From assembly GCA_037143335.1 (NCBI GenBank), contig JBAWZA010000001.1:109253-173252 (forward strand): a stretch of DNA of 64,000 nucleotides, read 5' to 3'. This document shows, one piece after another, positions 8,657 to 17,857 of the stretch. Position numbers and translations under genes: made by a program. Position 1 is the stretch's first letter, and the number at the start of each line of letters is the position of its first letter. The notes beneath the pieces are model-generated. The model saw only the letters and a program-made list of their open reading frames with translations, made no database searches and had not been told where the DNA came from. This stretch comes from a bacterium. Its GTDB lineage: Bacteria > Bacteroidota > Ignavibacteria > Palsa-1295.

Positions 8657-10522
8657 GTGATCTGGTCCAACTCTGCGGTGAACCAGGTAGCCGTGCAGGA
8701 TTCACTATTGTTTGCTGCAACAGATGCGCATCGAGTAATAGAAACCATTGATTTTGGTCGCTCATGGATTGAGCTATCTAACGGATTGCAGGATGTTGAT
8801 TTTCAATCAATCGATCTCCTTGGTTCACAAGTGATAGCAGGTGCTACGGATGCGATTTATTCTTCGGATTCTTATGGTGTTCAGTGGAAGCGGTTACCGA
8901 TCACAGCATTTGGAAAGACTTCTGTTGTGATGTACGATTCAATCTTTCGTGTGAGTATTTGGGGTACGGGTGTATTTACTTCGACAAGACCGTGGGAGTA
9001 TTGGTTTCAGGATTCGGGATATTGGGATCTCAGAAATCTTTCGAGCACCTCCACCGATGTCTTTGCAACTGATGATAAGGGAAATGTACTTCGATGTAGC
9101 CGGAATTCTACCAAGTGGCATATCACTGCAATGCAGGGATTACAAACAACGGCATTGGTAACAAACGGCGATAGCATCTATGTCGGAACGGCACAAGGTA
9201 CAATCTATATTTCAAAAGACCGAGGTTTGCAATGGACTCAGATCGTATCAATTTTACCGAAGGAAGCAATAACATCGATTTCCGTGATCGGGTCTGATAT
9301 ATATGTGGTGATGACAACACAGTTATTCCGCTCGTCAGACCGTGGGAAGAGTTGGACCTTGATTAGTAATGATATCTACTCCGCAACGCTGGTCGTTTCA
9401 TCCTCAACAAAGCTTACGAACAGGATGTTTATCGGTACTAATCATGGTGTTTTCTACTCCGATGATGAGGGAGAGCATTGGATAACCACAAGTTTGACCG
9501 TCGGAGGAGTATATGCTCTCGCTTCTGGCGGTGATTCTATATATGCTGGTACGGAGAATGGAGCATTTGTCTCTGGTGATCATGGGAATTCGTGGAAGCT
9601 AATTGATACGAATAAGCATCAGAAGACTACGACATTTTATTTGAATGATTCGGTTCTACTCGTTGGGACTGTTGACGGTATTGATCGGTATGATCGAGAA
9701 AATAACAATTGGCGATATCTTGACCATTCTTTCAAAGCCGAGACAGTTACCTCAATTTCCCGCTCCAACGGAATTTATTATGCAGCAGTCATAGATTTGG
9801 TGGGATTTTCTCAGGTCTTTACGATTAAGACTTCCAAAGACGAAGGTGCCAGTTGGCAAAATAATTTTTCTCCGACGTACGCAGTTTCACACTTATTCGA
9901 CTATCTATCAAAAATTTGTGGTACCTATAGTTCGTGTTATAACAATTTTGGAACGAATGCCAATTGTGCTGGGGGCACTTTAATTTCAAGAGACTTCGGG
10001 AATAAATGGTCTACATCCCAAGTTCCTGGTGCTGGCAATTGTGCCGCTATTGGGGATAATATGCTTTGGGTTGGTTCAGATATCGGAATATTTCAGTGTA
10101 GTGCCACGACATTCGACTGGCAGAAACAGGATTCTGAATTGCCAGATCTTTCAGTTCAAAACATCTTCTTCTCTCCGCACTACATGTTTGCAGGGACATA
10201 CAAACACTCCATTTGGCGACGACCCCTAAGCCAATTATCAGTTCTGCCAGAGAATGCTGATGAATTAGTGCTTGGCAATATATTCCCAAATCCGACTTCG
10301 AGTGAGATTGAAGTTTCATTCGTGCTACCGAAGGCTCAACTTATTTTACTGCAAGCCTTTGATCTTGCTGGCACGCTCGTCGGAACATGCACTGATGCAT
10401 ATTACGAAAAGGGAAAACATAGCATCAAATGGGATTGCAAAAATTTGGAAGCGGGCAGTTATTACATTCGCTTGCTCACAAATTCTGCGAAGTGTACGAA
10501 GAAATTTATTTTGCGGAAGTAG
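8657..10522 (+). CDS. BNR/Ycf48-like beta-propeller repeat protein with T9SS C-terminal sorting domain
   Basis: It has multiple S.D.G..W BNR-like repeats. The C-terminus (LGNIFPNPTSSEIEVSF...YYIRL) is a Por-secretion-type domain. The GTG start is doubtful because repeat-like sequence continues upstream in frame. Confidence 0.65.
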   Translation: MIWSNSAVNQVAVQDSLLFAATDAHRVIETIDFGRSWIELSNGLQDVDFQSIDLLGSQVIAGATDAIYSSDSYGVQWKRLPITAFGKTSVVMYDSIFRVSIWGTGVFTSTRPWEYWFQDSGYWDLRNLSSTSTDVFATDDKGNVLRCSRNSTKWHITAMQGLQTTALVTNGDSIYVGTAQGTIYISKDRGLQWTQIVSILPKEAITSISVIGSDIYVVMTTQLFRSSDRGKSWTLISNDIYSATLVVSSSTKLTNRMFIGTNHGVFYSDDEGEHWITTSLTVGGVYALASGGDSIYAGTENGAFVSGDHGNSWKLIDTNKHQKTTTFYLNDSVLLVGTVDGIDRYDRENNNWRYLDHSFKAETVTSISRSNGIYYAAVIDLVGFSQVFTIKTSKDEGASWQNNFSPTYAVSHLFDYLSKICGTYSSCYNNFGTNANCAGGTLISRDFGNKWSTSQVPGAGNCAAIGDNMLWVGSDIGIFQCSATTFDWQKQDSELPDLSVQNIFFSPHYMFAGTYKHSIWRRPLSQLSVLPENADELVLGNIFPNPTSSEIEVSFVLPKAQLILLQAFDLAGTLVGTCTDAYYEKGKHSIKWDCKNLEAGSYYIRLLTNSAKCTKKFILRK

Positions 10523-11089
10523 TTATTTCCCTTGCAGGAGTTTCAACCACATGAACGCCGCCACGACAAGTGAGTGCGTGATGTGTCCAGTGCGGATGAG
10601 GTCATCTACTTTATCCAATGGCTCTATACGGACGATGATGTTCTCGTGAACATCAAACTGCTGCTCTGCCTCTTTCTTCACATTCGTAATGAGATAAGTG
10701 AAGCACGAGTTCGTCAAGAATGCTGGATTCGGGAGGACTCTGCCGATGAGTTTTATTTCGCTCTCGGTAGTCGGCACAAAACCCGTCTCTTCCCGCAGTT
10801 CGCGAATAGCAGCGTCCTTGGGATCTTCTTCGTGTTCAACTAAACCGCCGACAATTTCAAGCTCGAAATTTTCTGAGCCATGTCTGAACTGTTCGACAAG
10901 CACAGCCTCATTCTCAGGAGTAAGTGCGATGACATTGATCCAATCGGCGGCTTCTAAGATAAAGAAATCGCCTGTATTATTTGTGCCTTCTTCATCGCGT
11001 AGTGATTTTTCTAGGCTGAAGATTCGCGTCTTCGCAAGTACTTCGCTTTTGCGCGTAGTCCACCGTGGCAGTTGAGAGTGTTTTTTCAT
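10523..11089 (-). CDS. NUDIX hydrolase (ADP-ribose pyrophosphatase-like)
   Basis: The Nudix box GGLVEHEEDPKDAAIRELREETG is present. Confidence 0.8.
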   Translation of the reverse strand: MKKHSQLPRWTTRKSEVLAKTRIFSLEKSLRDEEGTNNTGDFFILEAADWINVIALTPENEAVLVEQFRHGSENFELEIVGGLVEHEEDPKDAAIRELREETGFVPTTESEIKLIGRVLPNPAFLTNSCFTYLITNVKKEAEQQFDVHENIIVRIEPLDKVDDLIRTGHITHSLVVAAFMWLKLLQGK

Positions 11090-11216
11090 TATGAACGATG
11101 ATAAACATTCAGAAGCGGTGTTGCGTGTCGTAGTTTTAGTAATTTATAGCTGTGGGGGTGAGAATTACCATAGTTGATGGGATTCTTCAACGGCAATTGC
11201 TTCGTTAGGAAGGGGA

Positions 11217-12725
11217 TTGTTACAAAGAAACACCATACTATCGCTACGCGCTGTAGCTACTTCGGCAGTACTTGTCTTGCTTTTAGCTTCACAAGTATTT
11301 TCGCAGAGTCGTTATGCTATTGCCTCAATCGAGATTCGCGGTGCAAGAGTGATTCCGACAACTGAATTAAGAAAGATGATTTCATCCGCGGTTGGCGATT
11401 CATTTGTGGCATCGCAACTTGAAATGGAAATCCATACCATTCTCCGTGCCTACGAAAGAATGAATTATCCACTTGCTACTTGTGAGATAGAAAAAATTCA
11501 ACCGCGTGATTCAACTTCTATAGACATTATCCTCCGAATTCACGAGGGTGTCGTTCCGAGGGTTACCGATATCAGTGTGTCGGGCAATACAATCACTGAT
11601 TCATCTATTTTTACCCGCGAATTTTTCCTCAATGAATTTCCACACTTCGATTACCGTGCAATCGAATCAAGTCGAAATAGACTGGCGCGATTGGGTATTT
11701 TCTCAGAAGTAAGTCAACCAGAAGTAAAAGCGATTTCTGACTCGACGATTGGATTACGAATCAGTGTGAGCGAATCTCAAACGACATTCATTGACGGGAT
11801 TCTCGGATACAATCCGCCAGCATCAGGAAATGTTGGTGGTTACTTGAACGGATTTATCTCACTTGGGTTTTTGAATATTGCAGGAAGTGCTCGTAGAGCA
11901 ACGCTGGATTATAGAAGAGAGACTCCCTCAACACAAGAAATATCTGCAACGTATCAAGAGCCGTGGATTTTCAATGTACCCATAAATGCAAGTATCTCAT
12001 TTCACGAGCGCGATGAAGATAGCATTTATACTCGGACAAGTTTCGGAATCGAGCCTTCATTTTTTTTATCGAATGGGGTAGAGATCAGAGCGAGTGGGAG
12101 TTATGACAATATCGTGCCTGGCTCAGCGCATCTCGTGAGTTCGAGTCACACTTATTCCATTGGCTTAGAGGGAGTTTATGATTCGCGTGATAATATCGCT
12201 TCACCTCGCAACGGTTTTCTTGTCTCAATCGGAGGCGGTATCGGCTCGAAATCGTCGGATAGTATTTCTGGTGGAGCGGCTTCCATACAATCAGTTCGCA
12301 TCAGCGCACTCGTACCGATGAGTCATTTTTCTGAGAGACTGGTATTTGTACCTTCGATTGAAGTAAAGTTAGTTACGCTCTCGCATGGCAATCTTGATGA
12401 GAGCGATCTTTTTCGTGTAGGTGGATTGCGATCACTTCGGGGATACTATGAATCCGAATTTCATATTTCGCAATATGCAATCGTTCATGCCGAAGAGCGA
12501 CTCATCACAGGGCATTCATCTTTCATTGGAATATTTGTTGACTACGGTTATCTCCATAGAACGCAGACCCCGATGCTCGCTGGACAAACACTCTATCCAC
12601 TTGGTTATGGTGTGAGTTTGCAATTCGATACACAACTCGGACTCTTGAGTGCAAGTATCGGGCTTGCGAAGAATGAAACACTCGACCGTGCGAAATTACA
12701 TTTCGGAATTGCAAAAGGATTTTAG
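11217..12725 (+). CDS. Omp85/BamA-family outer membrane protein (POTRA plus beta-barrel)
   Basis: It has a signal peptide, POTRA-like N-terminal segments, and a C-terminal barrel with alternating hydrophobic residues ending in Phe. Confidence 0.65.
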   Translation: MLQRNTILSLRAVATSAVLVLLLASQVFSQSRYAIASIEIRGARVIPTTELRKMISSAVGDSFVASQLEMEIHTILRAYERMNYPLATCEIEKIQPRDSTSIDIILRIHEGVVPRVTDISVSGNTITDSSIFTREFFLNEFPHFDYRAIESSRNRLARLGIFSEVSQPEVKAISDSTIGLRISVSESQTTFIDGILGYNPPASGNVGGYLNGFISLGFLNIAGSARRATLDYRRETPSTQEISATYQEPWIFNVPINASISFHERDEDSIYTRTSFGIEPSFFLSNGVEIRASGSYDNIVPGSAHLVSSSHTYSIGLEGVYDSRDNIASPRNGFLVSIGGGIGSKSSDSISGGAASIQSVRISALVPMSHFSERLVFVPSIEVKLVTLSHGNLDESDLFRVGGLRSLRGYYESEFHISQYAIVHAEERLITGHSSFIGIFVDYGYLHRTQTPMLAGQTLYPLGYGVSLQFDTQLGLLSASIGLAKNETLDRAKLHFGIAKGF

Positions 12726-13394
12726 TTGATGAAAAAGAACGAGTCAATATCGTGGAGGCTTGAGCGAGCCTATCTTGCCGATGGCAAGTCCGCCATTATT
12801 GGCATTGACGAAGCAGGCAGAGGTCCGCTTGCTGGACCTGTGGTGGCTGCTGCTGTTGTGCTTCCGCTCACTGGAAAACTTCCGCGCAATTGCTTCGGTC
12901 TTGATGATTCAAAAAAACTTTCGCACTCCGAGCGCGAAGAGTTATTCAACTTCGTCTGCGACCACGCTCTTGGGTATGGAGTAGGAATAATCGAAGCATC
13001 CGAAATTGACGAGATTAATATTTTACGCGCAACGATGAAGGCAATGACATTTGCAGTCAACGATCTGCTCACAAAATCGCCACTGATCAGACCAGATATG
13101 TTACTTGTGGACGGAAATTATTTCCGAACTGAACTGCCGTATCCCTTCCGAACAGTTGTTCATGGTGATGCGCACTCGCCAAGCATAGCCGCCGCCTCGA
13201 TCGTTGCGAAGGTCACGCGTGATCGCATTATGGAAAAACTGCACGAAGAGCACCCAAAATACAACTTCAAACAAAACAAAGGCTACGGCACCCAAGCGCA
13301 CAGAGATGCCATCGCCCAACACGGCAGATGCCCCGAGCACAGAAAAACCTTCCTACTCAAAGAGGAGAGAGCAATTCAGTTAGAGTTGGGATAA
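12726..13394 (+). CDS. rnhB: Ribonuclease HII
   Basis: GIDEAGRGPLAGPVVAAAVVL and the DDSKKLS motif are present. Confidence 0.9.
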   Translation: MMKKNESISWRLERAYLADGKSAIIGIDEAGRGPLAGPVVAAAVVLPLTGKLPRNCFGLDDSKKLSHSEREELFNFVCDHALGYGVGIIEASEIDEINILRATMKAMTFAVNDLLTKSPLIRPDMLLVDGNYFRTELPYPFRTVVHGDAHSPSIAAASIVAKVTRDRIMEKLHEEHPKYNFKQNKGYGTQAHRDAIAQHGRCPEHRKTFLLKEERAIQLELG

Positions 13395-13399
13395 ACCCC

Positions 13400-15067
13400 T
13401 TACCTCACATGCACAAATTTCCGAATCTCATCGCGGGTGGTGTTTTGGTAGGCAACACGGACGATGAAGGAGCCAGTGGGTAGGTCGTGCGTGTCTATGG
13501 TGAGAATATTGTTTGCAACTTTGTAATCTGGGAAGTACTGTATGCCGAGGAGGTCGTAGAATTCGACAAACCTCACTACCATTGAATTGAATAAATGCAA
13601 ATTTGCTTCTTCTAATGCGGGATTAGGATAAACCCATAACGAAAAAATATTATCGACGTAGGAATTTGCCACTTCATTCGGAACATCTTTGAGTTCTATT
13701 ACCCAGAGATCCTGGACAGCGGAGTCTCGACCGCCTTGATGAAGAGTTGTAACATCACCATTTTGAATGGAGTTGGTAGTACCTGCGATGACATAATCTC
13801 CAAGTTCTGTCTGGATAATAGAAATTCCTTCCTCAATTCGATTCGCACCAAGACATTTTTGCCAGAGAATCGTACCCGATGCAGAAATCCTGGCTGTAAA
13901 AACATCCCCACCACCATGATTGCCAACTACATCTCCATCATTGGAGATTGATCGTCCTACAAAAGTATATCCACTATCACGGTTTTGAATAATTGAATTT
14001 GCCAGATCATCTTTCGAACCACCATAACAATGTTGCCATTCGATTTTGCCTAGTATGTCCGTTTTGACAATCCAAGCATCCCCGAGATTAACACTCCCAC
14101 CATGATTTCCACTAACATCGCCATCTTTCGATGTCGTACTCCCAGCAAAAATGAATCCCCCATCTTTCGCCTGAATCACAGAACGTGCATCTTCGTCACC
14201 TGTGCCCCCGTACAAACCATGCCACAAGACACTTCCGTCACTATCTAAGCGAACTAACAAAGCATCGCTGCCTCCATGATTAGGAAATCCCTCATCAATA
14301 GATGAAGTAATCCCAGCAAGGACATATCCTCCGTCTCTCATTTCTATAACCGATTCCAAGTCTTCACCATACGTACCACCGATACATCCCTTCCAGAGAA
14401 TATTACCCTTAACATCAAATTTGGCTACCCAACCATCCTGCCCGCCATGATTATCCGGAAAATCACCGTCATGTGAGTTTGTAAAACCGACTGCCACCAG
14501 TCCGCCATCTTGCGATTGGATGATTGCTTCCGCCATTTCACTGCCTGTGCCACCAAGGCACTTTGTCCACTGAATATTTCCTACAGAATCCAGCTTTACA
14601 ATCCATGCATCATAATCTCCATATCCGCCATGATTCCCGTGCACATCGCCGTCATTTGATAGAGTTTGGCCAGCCACTGCAAAGCCACGGTCGAATGTTT
14701 GCACGATACGGAAGCAATATTCGGACGCACTTCCTCCAATGCAACGCTGCCATTCTATATTCCCCATCCTGTCTAATTTTACTAACCAGCCATCTCCACC
14801 ACCATGCGTGCCGACCACGTCACCGTTATTTGAACCAGTTTCGCCTATCAAAATGTAGCCACCGTCAGCTGTTTGGATGATATTACCTGATGTCTCTTCG
14901 CTTGCACCTCCGTAGGTTTTCTGCCATTCTACTTTGGGGGCGGTTTGAGCAATTGAGATAGCAGGTGTGATAATCGAAGCGATGAATAAAAAAAAATAAG
15001 CCGAAAGACCCGATACAATCGATGACGATATTATGCATTTGATTGAAAGTTTGATTGGGCTTATCAT
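13400..15067 (-). CDS. Secreted tandem-repeat (beta-propeller-type) protein with T9SS C-terminal sorting domain
   Basis: There are about nine tandem repeats of ~48 aa with the pattern GG..E.A.SIIQT.DGGY...G.T.S.DGDV.GNHGG.D.W.VKLD..GNI.W. The C-terminus is a Por-type domain. Confidence 0.65.
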   Translation of the reverse strand: MISPIKLSIKCIISSSIVSGLSAYFFLFIASIITPAISIAQTAPKVEWQKTYGGASEETSGNIIQTADGGYILIGETGSNNGDVVGTHGGGDGWLVKLDRMGNIEWQRCIGGSASEYCFRIVQTFDRGFAVAGQTLSNDGDVHGNHGGYGDYDAWIVKLDSVGNIQWTKCLGGTGSEMAEAIIQSQDGGLVAVGFTNSHDGDFPDNHGGQDGWVAKFDVKGNILWKGCIGGTYGEDLESVIEMRDGGYVLAGITSSIDEGFPNHGGSDALLVRLDSDGSVLWHGLYGGTGDEDARSVIQAKDGGFIFAGSTTSKDGDVSGNHGGSVNLGDAWIVKTDILGKIEWQHCYGGSKDDLANSIIQNRDSGYTFVGRSISNDGDVVGNHGGGDVFTARISASGTILWQKCLGANRIEEGISIIQTELGDYVIAGTTNSIQNGDVTTLHQGGRDSAVQDLWVIELKDVPNEVANSYVDNIFSLWVYPNPALEEANLHLFNSMVVRFVEFYDLLGIQYFPDYKVANNILTIDTHDLPTGSFIVRVAYQNTTRDEIRKFVHVR

Positions 15068-15116
15068 AAGGTGATTGACAGAAATACCAACGAAATAATT
15101 CCGAGTTGCTAAGAAA

Positions 15117-15178
15117 GACAGCTTACCCCTCTGTTTTGCGTATCAAAGTTGATACTTGTATATGAGGGATAAGCTGTC
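15117..15178. repeat. 15-bp inverted repeat (one mismatch) with 32-nt spacer
   Basis: GACAGCTTACCCCTC at 15117-15131 pairs with GAGGGATAAGCTGTC at 15164-15178. Confidence 0.6.
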
Positions 15179-15196
15179 AATCTGATAGAATTACCC

Positions 15197-15766
15197 TCAG
15201 AAGGTTACTGAGAAATCACACACATGCCCGTTACATTGAGGTGTGGCAGGCGATGTAACAGTTATGTCGTAAGTCTGGTGAGCAGGTGGGGCATTTGTAC
15301 CCTTTGTATTTCGGCATATACGAAAGCTGGCACAAGTATTGTCCGGTACCCCATTGACATTTTTATACCAAATTTTTCTTGTGTTGTACCAGCTACATGA
15401 TGAGCCACTCGGAGTTGCTGAGTAAGTGAAATCTCCCGAGCTACAAACAGAATGACAATCCGTGTTTGATCGCGAGACGATAGTAAATTCGTATGGGTTT
15501 ACCCCAGTACACGAGTCTGTACAGATCGTAACGATTACACATTTGTCGCAGGTATGAGTATCATTAGGATTCGGACCACACACTGTTGCGTCGTCACAAC
15601 TTGTTCCAAGAGTATCATATACAACATAAACACTGAAACAAGGTGAGTTCGTATGGGTCGGATAAGTCTGCGAATACGATTTGTCGAGCCAACCAAAACA
15701 CACCATATATACCGAAACCGCTAAAGCGATTCCTTTGAGTTTTGAAGTTAATTGTATCATTGTCAT
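15197..15766 (-). CDS. Cysteine-rich secreted hypothetical protein
   Basis: It has a signal peptide and about 19 Cys in 189 aa. I do not recognise a family. Confidence 0.45.
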   Translation of the reverse strand: MTMIQLTSKLKGIALAVSVYMVCFGWLDKSYSQTYPTHTNSPCFSVYVVYDTLGTSCDDATVCGPNPNDTHTCDKCVIVTICTDSCTGVNPYEFTIVSRSNTDCHSVCSSGDFTYSATPSGSSCSWYNTRKIWYKNVNGVPDNTCASFRICRNTKGTNAPPAHQTYDITVTSPATPQCNGHVCDFSVTF

Positions 15767-15844
15767 CGAGATGAATATAGTTTAAAAAAATGAAAACACC
15801 TGTTTTCAACGATGCGAATATACAATAATACGAAAAAAATCCGT

Positions 15845-15890
15845 TACGCCAAAATACGCTGAAATACGCCAAACAACTCTGATTTACGCT
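15845..15890. promoter_or_regulatory. Four TACGCY direct repeats phased at 10/10/20 bp in the promoter region of the Cys-rich protein gene
   Basis: TACGCC at 15845, TACGCT at 15855, TACGCC at 15865 and TACGCT at 15885, each preceded by A/T-rich sequence. Confidence 0.4.
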
Positions 15891-15907
15891 AATTCCGCAC
15901 CGATTAT

Positions 15908-16198
15908 TTACAGAATCTTCAAGAATGCATTTAATCGTTGCCCATCCTTTAACCCTGCCTTCAGAGAAACAGTCATTCGGTGCTTCTCCACCGTTCTCTC
16001 AGGAATTCCAAAAATTAAGCCAATATCGTGGTTGGAATATCTTGCGTGTACACCAGCGCACACATCCATCTCATCGTCAGTGATCCGTTGGACATTCTTA
16101 AATGGCTTCTCAAAAAAACGAGGGTGTTCGAACGTGAATTTCCCAATAAATTCATCACGCGAAGGTATAGAATTTTCTGATTTATTTTCAGTTGCCAT
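15908..16198 (-). CDS. Small HTH protein (LuxR / sigma-70 region-4-like)
   Basis: The C-terminal segment GLIFGIPERTVEKHRMTVSLKAGL resembles a LuxR-type HTH. The start is uncertain. Confidence 0.4.
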   Translation of the reverse strand: MATENKSENSIPSRDEFIGKFTFEHPRFFEKPFKNVQRITDDEMDVCAGVHARYSNHDIGLIFGIPERTVEKHRMTVSLKAGLKDGQRLNAFLKIL

Positions 16199-16419
16199 GA
16201 CGATTAAGTCAATGAAAAAAAATGACGCAAGATTAATCACTAAAAAAACAGAGCAATAAAATATCACGGCTTGCGCCCTGGTGATATAGTATTGCTCCGT
16301 GTATAGATAAAACTATTACAAATATAACGAATTATTCCCTTGATTCGGGAAAAAGCAACTGTCCCTATTTTGGACTCTTAGTGCAATCTTTGCTAGATTT
16401 AATCTCGTATTAAGTCACC

Positions 16420-17748
16420 TCACTTCAACCCATCCATCGCTAAGCGGAGTTGGGGGACGATGGTGTTGATCTCCTCCATTGATACTGCACCAACCGAGAG
16501 GCGGAACCAGCCGCTATCCTCGCGCAGATCGAATGCTTGGAAGGGGACTACGGCGAAATCGGCGGTGTGGAGAAGGTACTTGCGGATGTCTTCGTTGGTG
16601 CGAAGTGTGTCGCCGTTCGGAGTTGTTTTGCCAATAAAATTAAATCGTGCTGATAAATAAATTGCTCCCATCGGAGGAATCACATCTACGGGATAGCCAG
16701 CATCCTTCATCGCAGTAATTTCAGAGAAGAGTGCATTGAGTCGGATCTCGACATCATTGTGCATTTTCTCGTGATATTCATTTACTGCTTTATGATTATT
16801 TAATAGATGCGCGGTCGCAACTTGCTCAGGTCTTGGCGCCCATGCGCCGACATGCCCTAAGATATTCGACATCGAAGCCGCAATGTCGGGCGGTGCAACT
16901 GCCCAACCAACACGCAAGCCTGTCGAAGCAAATGCCTTCGAGATGCCGTCAACAAAAATTGTATATTTCGCCATCTCGGGGCGAAGTGATACTGGATTAA
17001 AATGTTCCGTCTGCCCAAACGTAAGCATCCAATACACTTGATCGTACATGAGGAAGAGCGGACGCTCGGCGGCACTGCGCTTCGCATTTTCTTCTAAGAC
17101 GAGATCGCAAATTCCTTCGAGTGCTTCTTTCGTGAATGCAGTGCCAGTCGGGTTGAGCGGTGAGCATAATGATAAAAGTCTCACGCCCGAGAGCTTGCCT
17201 TCCAATGTTTTGCGCGTCGGCAAGAATGCATCTTCGGCTGAACTGATGACGGGCTTTCCGACAGCACCAATCAAGTTGCAATAGTGATTATTATTCCATG
17301 ATGGAACAGGATAGACAACCGTATCACCTGGTGCGACGACGGCACTATACACACCGTAAATCACAGGACGTGCGCCACCTGTGATAATAAAAGATTCGAT
17401 CGGGTAATCAAGCCCAAGACGAGTTCTGTAAAATTCCTGAACAGCTTTACGTAAAATGAGAATGCCATCAGATGGCGGATAATTTGTCTCGCCTTTGATG
17501 AGTGCTATCTCGATTTCATTCTTGAGAAAATCCGGAATCGGGAAGTACGACGAGTTGAAATCACCAACGGTGAGATTGCAGATTTTATTGCCATCAGCGA
17601 TCATCGCGCGAATATCGGCGGCGATTTTCAGGATTTCTGAACCGATAATCCCGGCCGCCATCGGCGACACGCGAGGCTTCGAAACATTCATGTCAAATTC
17701 AGGTGTGATAAGTTCTTGCGCGATCACTGTTGATTCTTCTGCTCTCAT
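16420..17748 (-). CDS. PLP-dependent aminotransferase, class I/II
   Basis: It has the SKAFASTGLRVGW lysine motif and a fold-type I pattern. Confidence 0.85.
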   Translation of the reverse strand: MRAEESTVIAQELITPEFDMNVSKPRVSPMAAGIIGSEILKIAADIRAMIADGNKICNLTVGDFNSSYFPIPDFLKNEIEIALIKGETNYPPSDGILILRKAVQEFYRTRLGLDYPIESFIITGGARPVIYGVYSAVVAPGDTVVYPVPSWNNNHYCNLIGAVGKPVISSAEDAFLPTRKTLEGKLSGVRLLSLCSPLNPTGTAFTKEALEGICDLVLEENAKRSAAERPLFLMYDQVYWMLTFGQTEHFNPVSLRPEMAKYTIFVDGISKAFASTGLRVGWAVAPPDIAASMSNILGHVGAWAPRPEQVATAHLLNNHKAVNEYHEKMHNDVEIRLNALFSEITAMKDAGYPVDVIPPMGAIYLSARFNFIGKTTPNGDTLRTNEDIRKYLLHTADFAVVPFQAFDLREDSGWFRLSVGAVSMEEINTIVPQLRLAMDGLK

Positions 17749-17857
17749 ATAAATAGCCGTTCAAATTATCGGGGCATAGTAACAAGCATTCGGGAAGTTA
17801 TGCTCCGTAATTGAAGGTTGTGGAAGATAGTCGTGCAATACGCCGTATTTTTGCACA

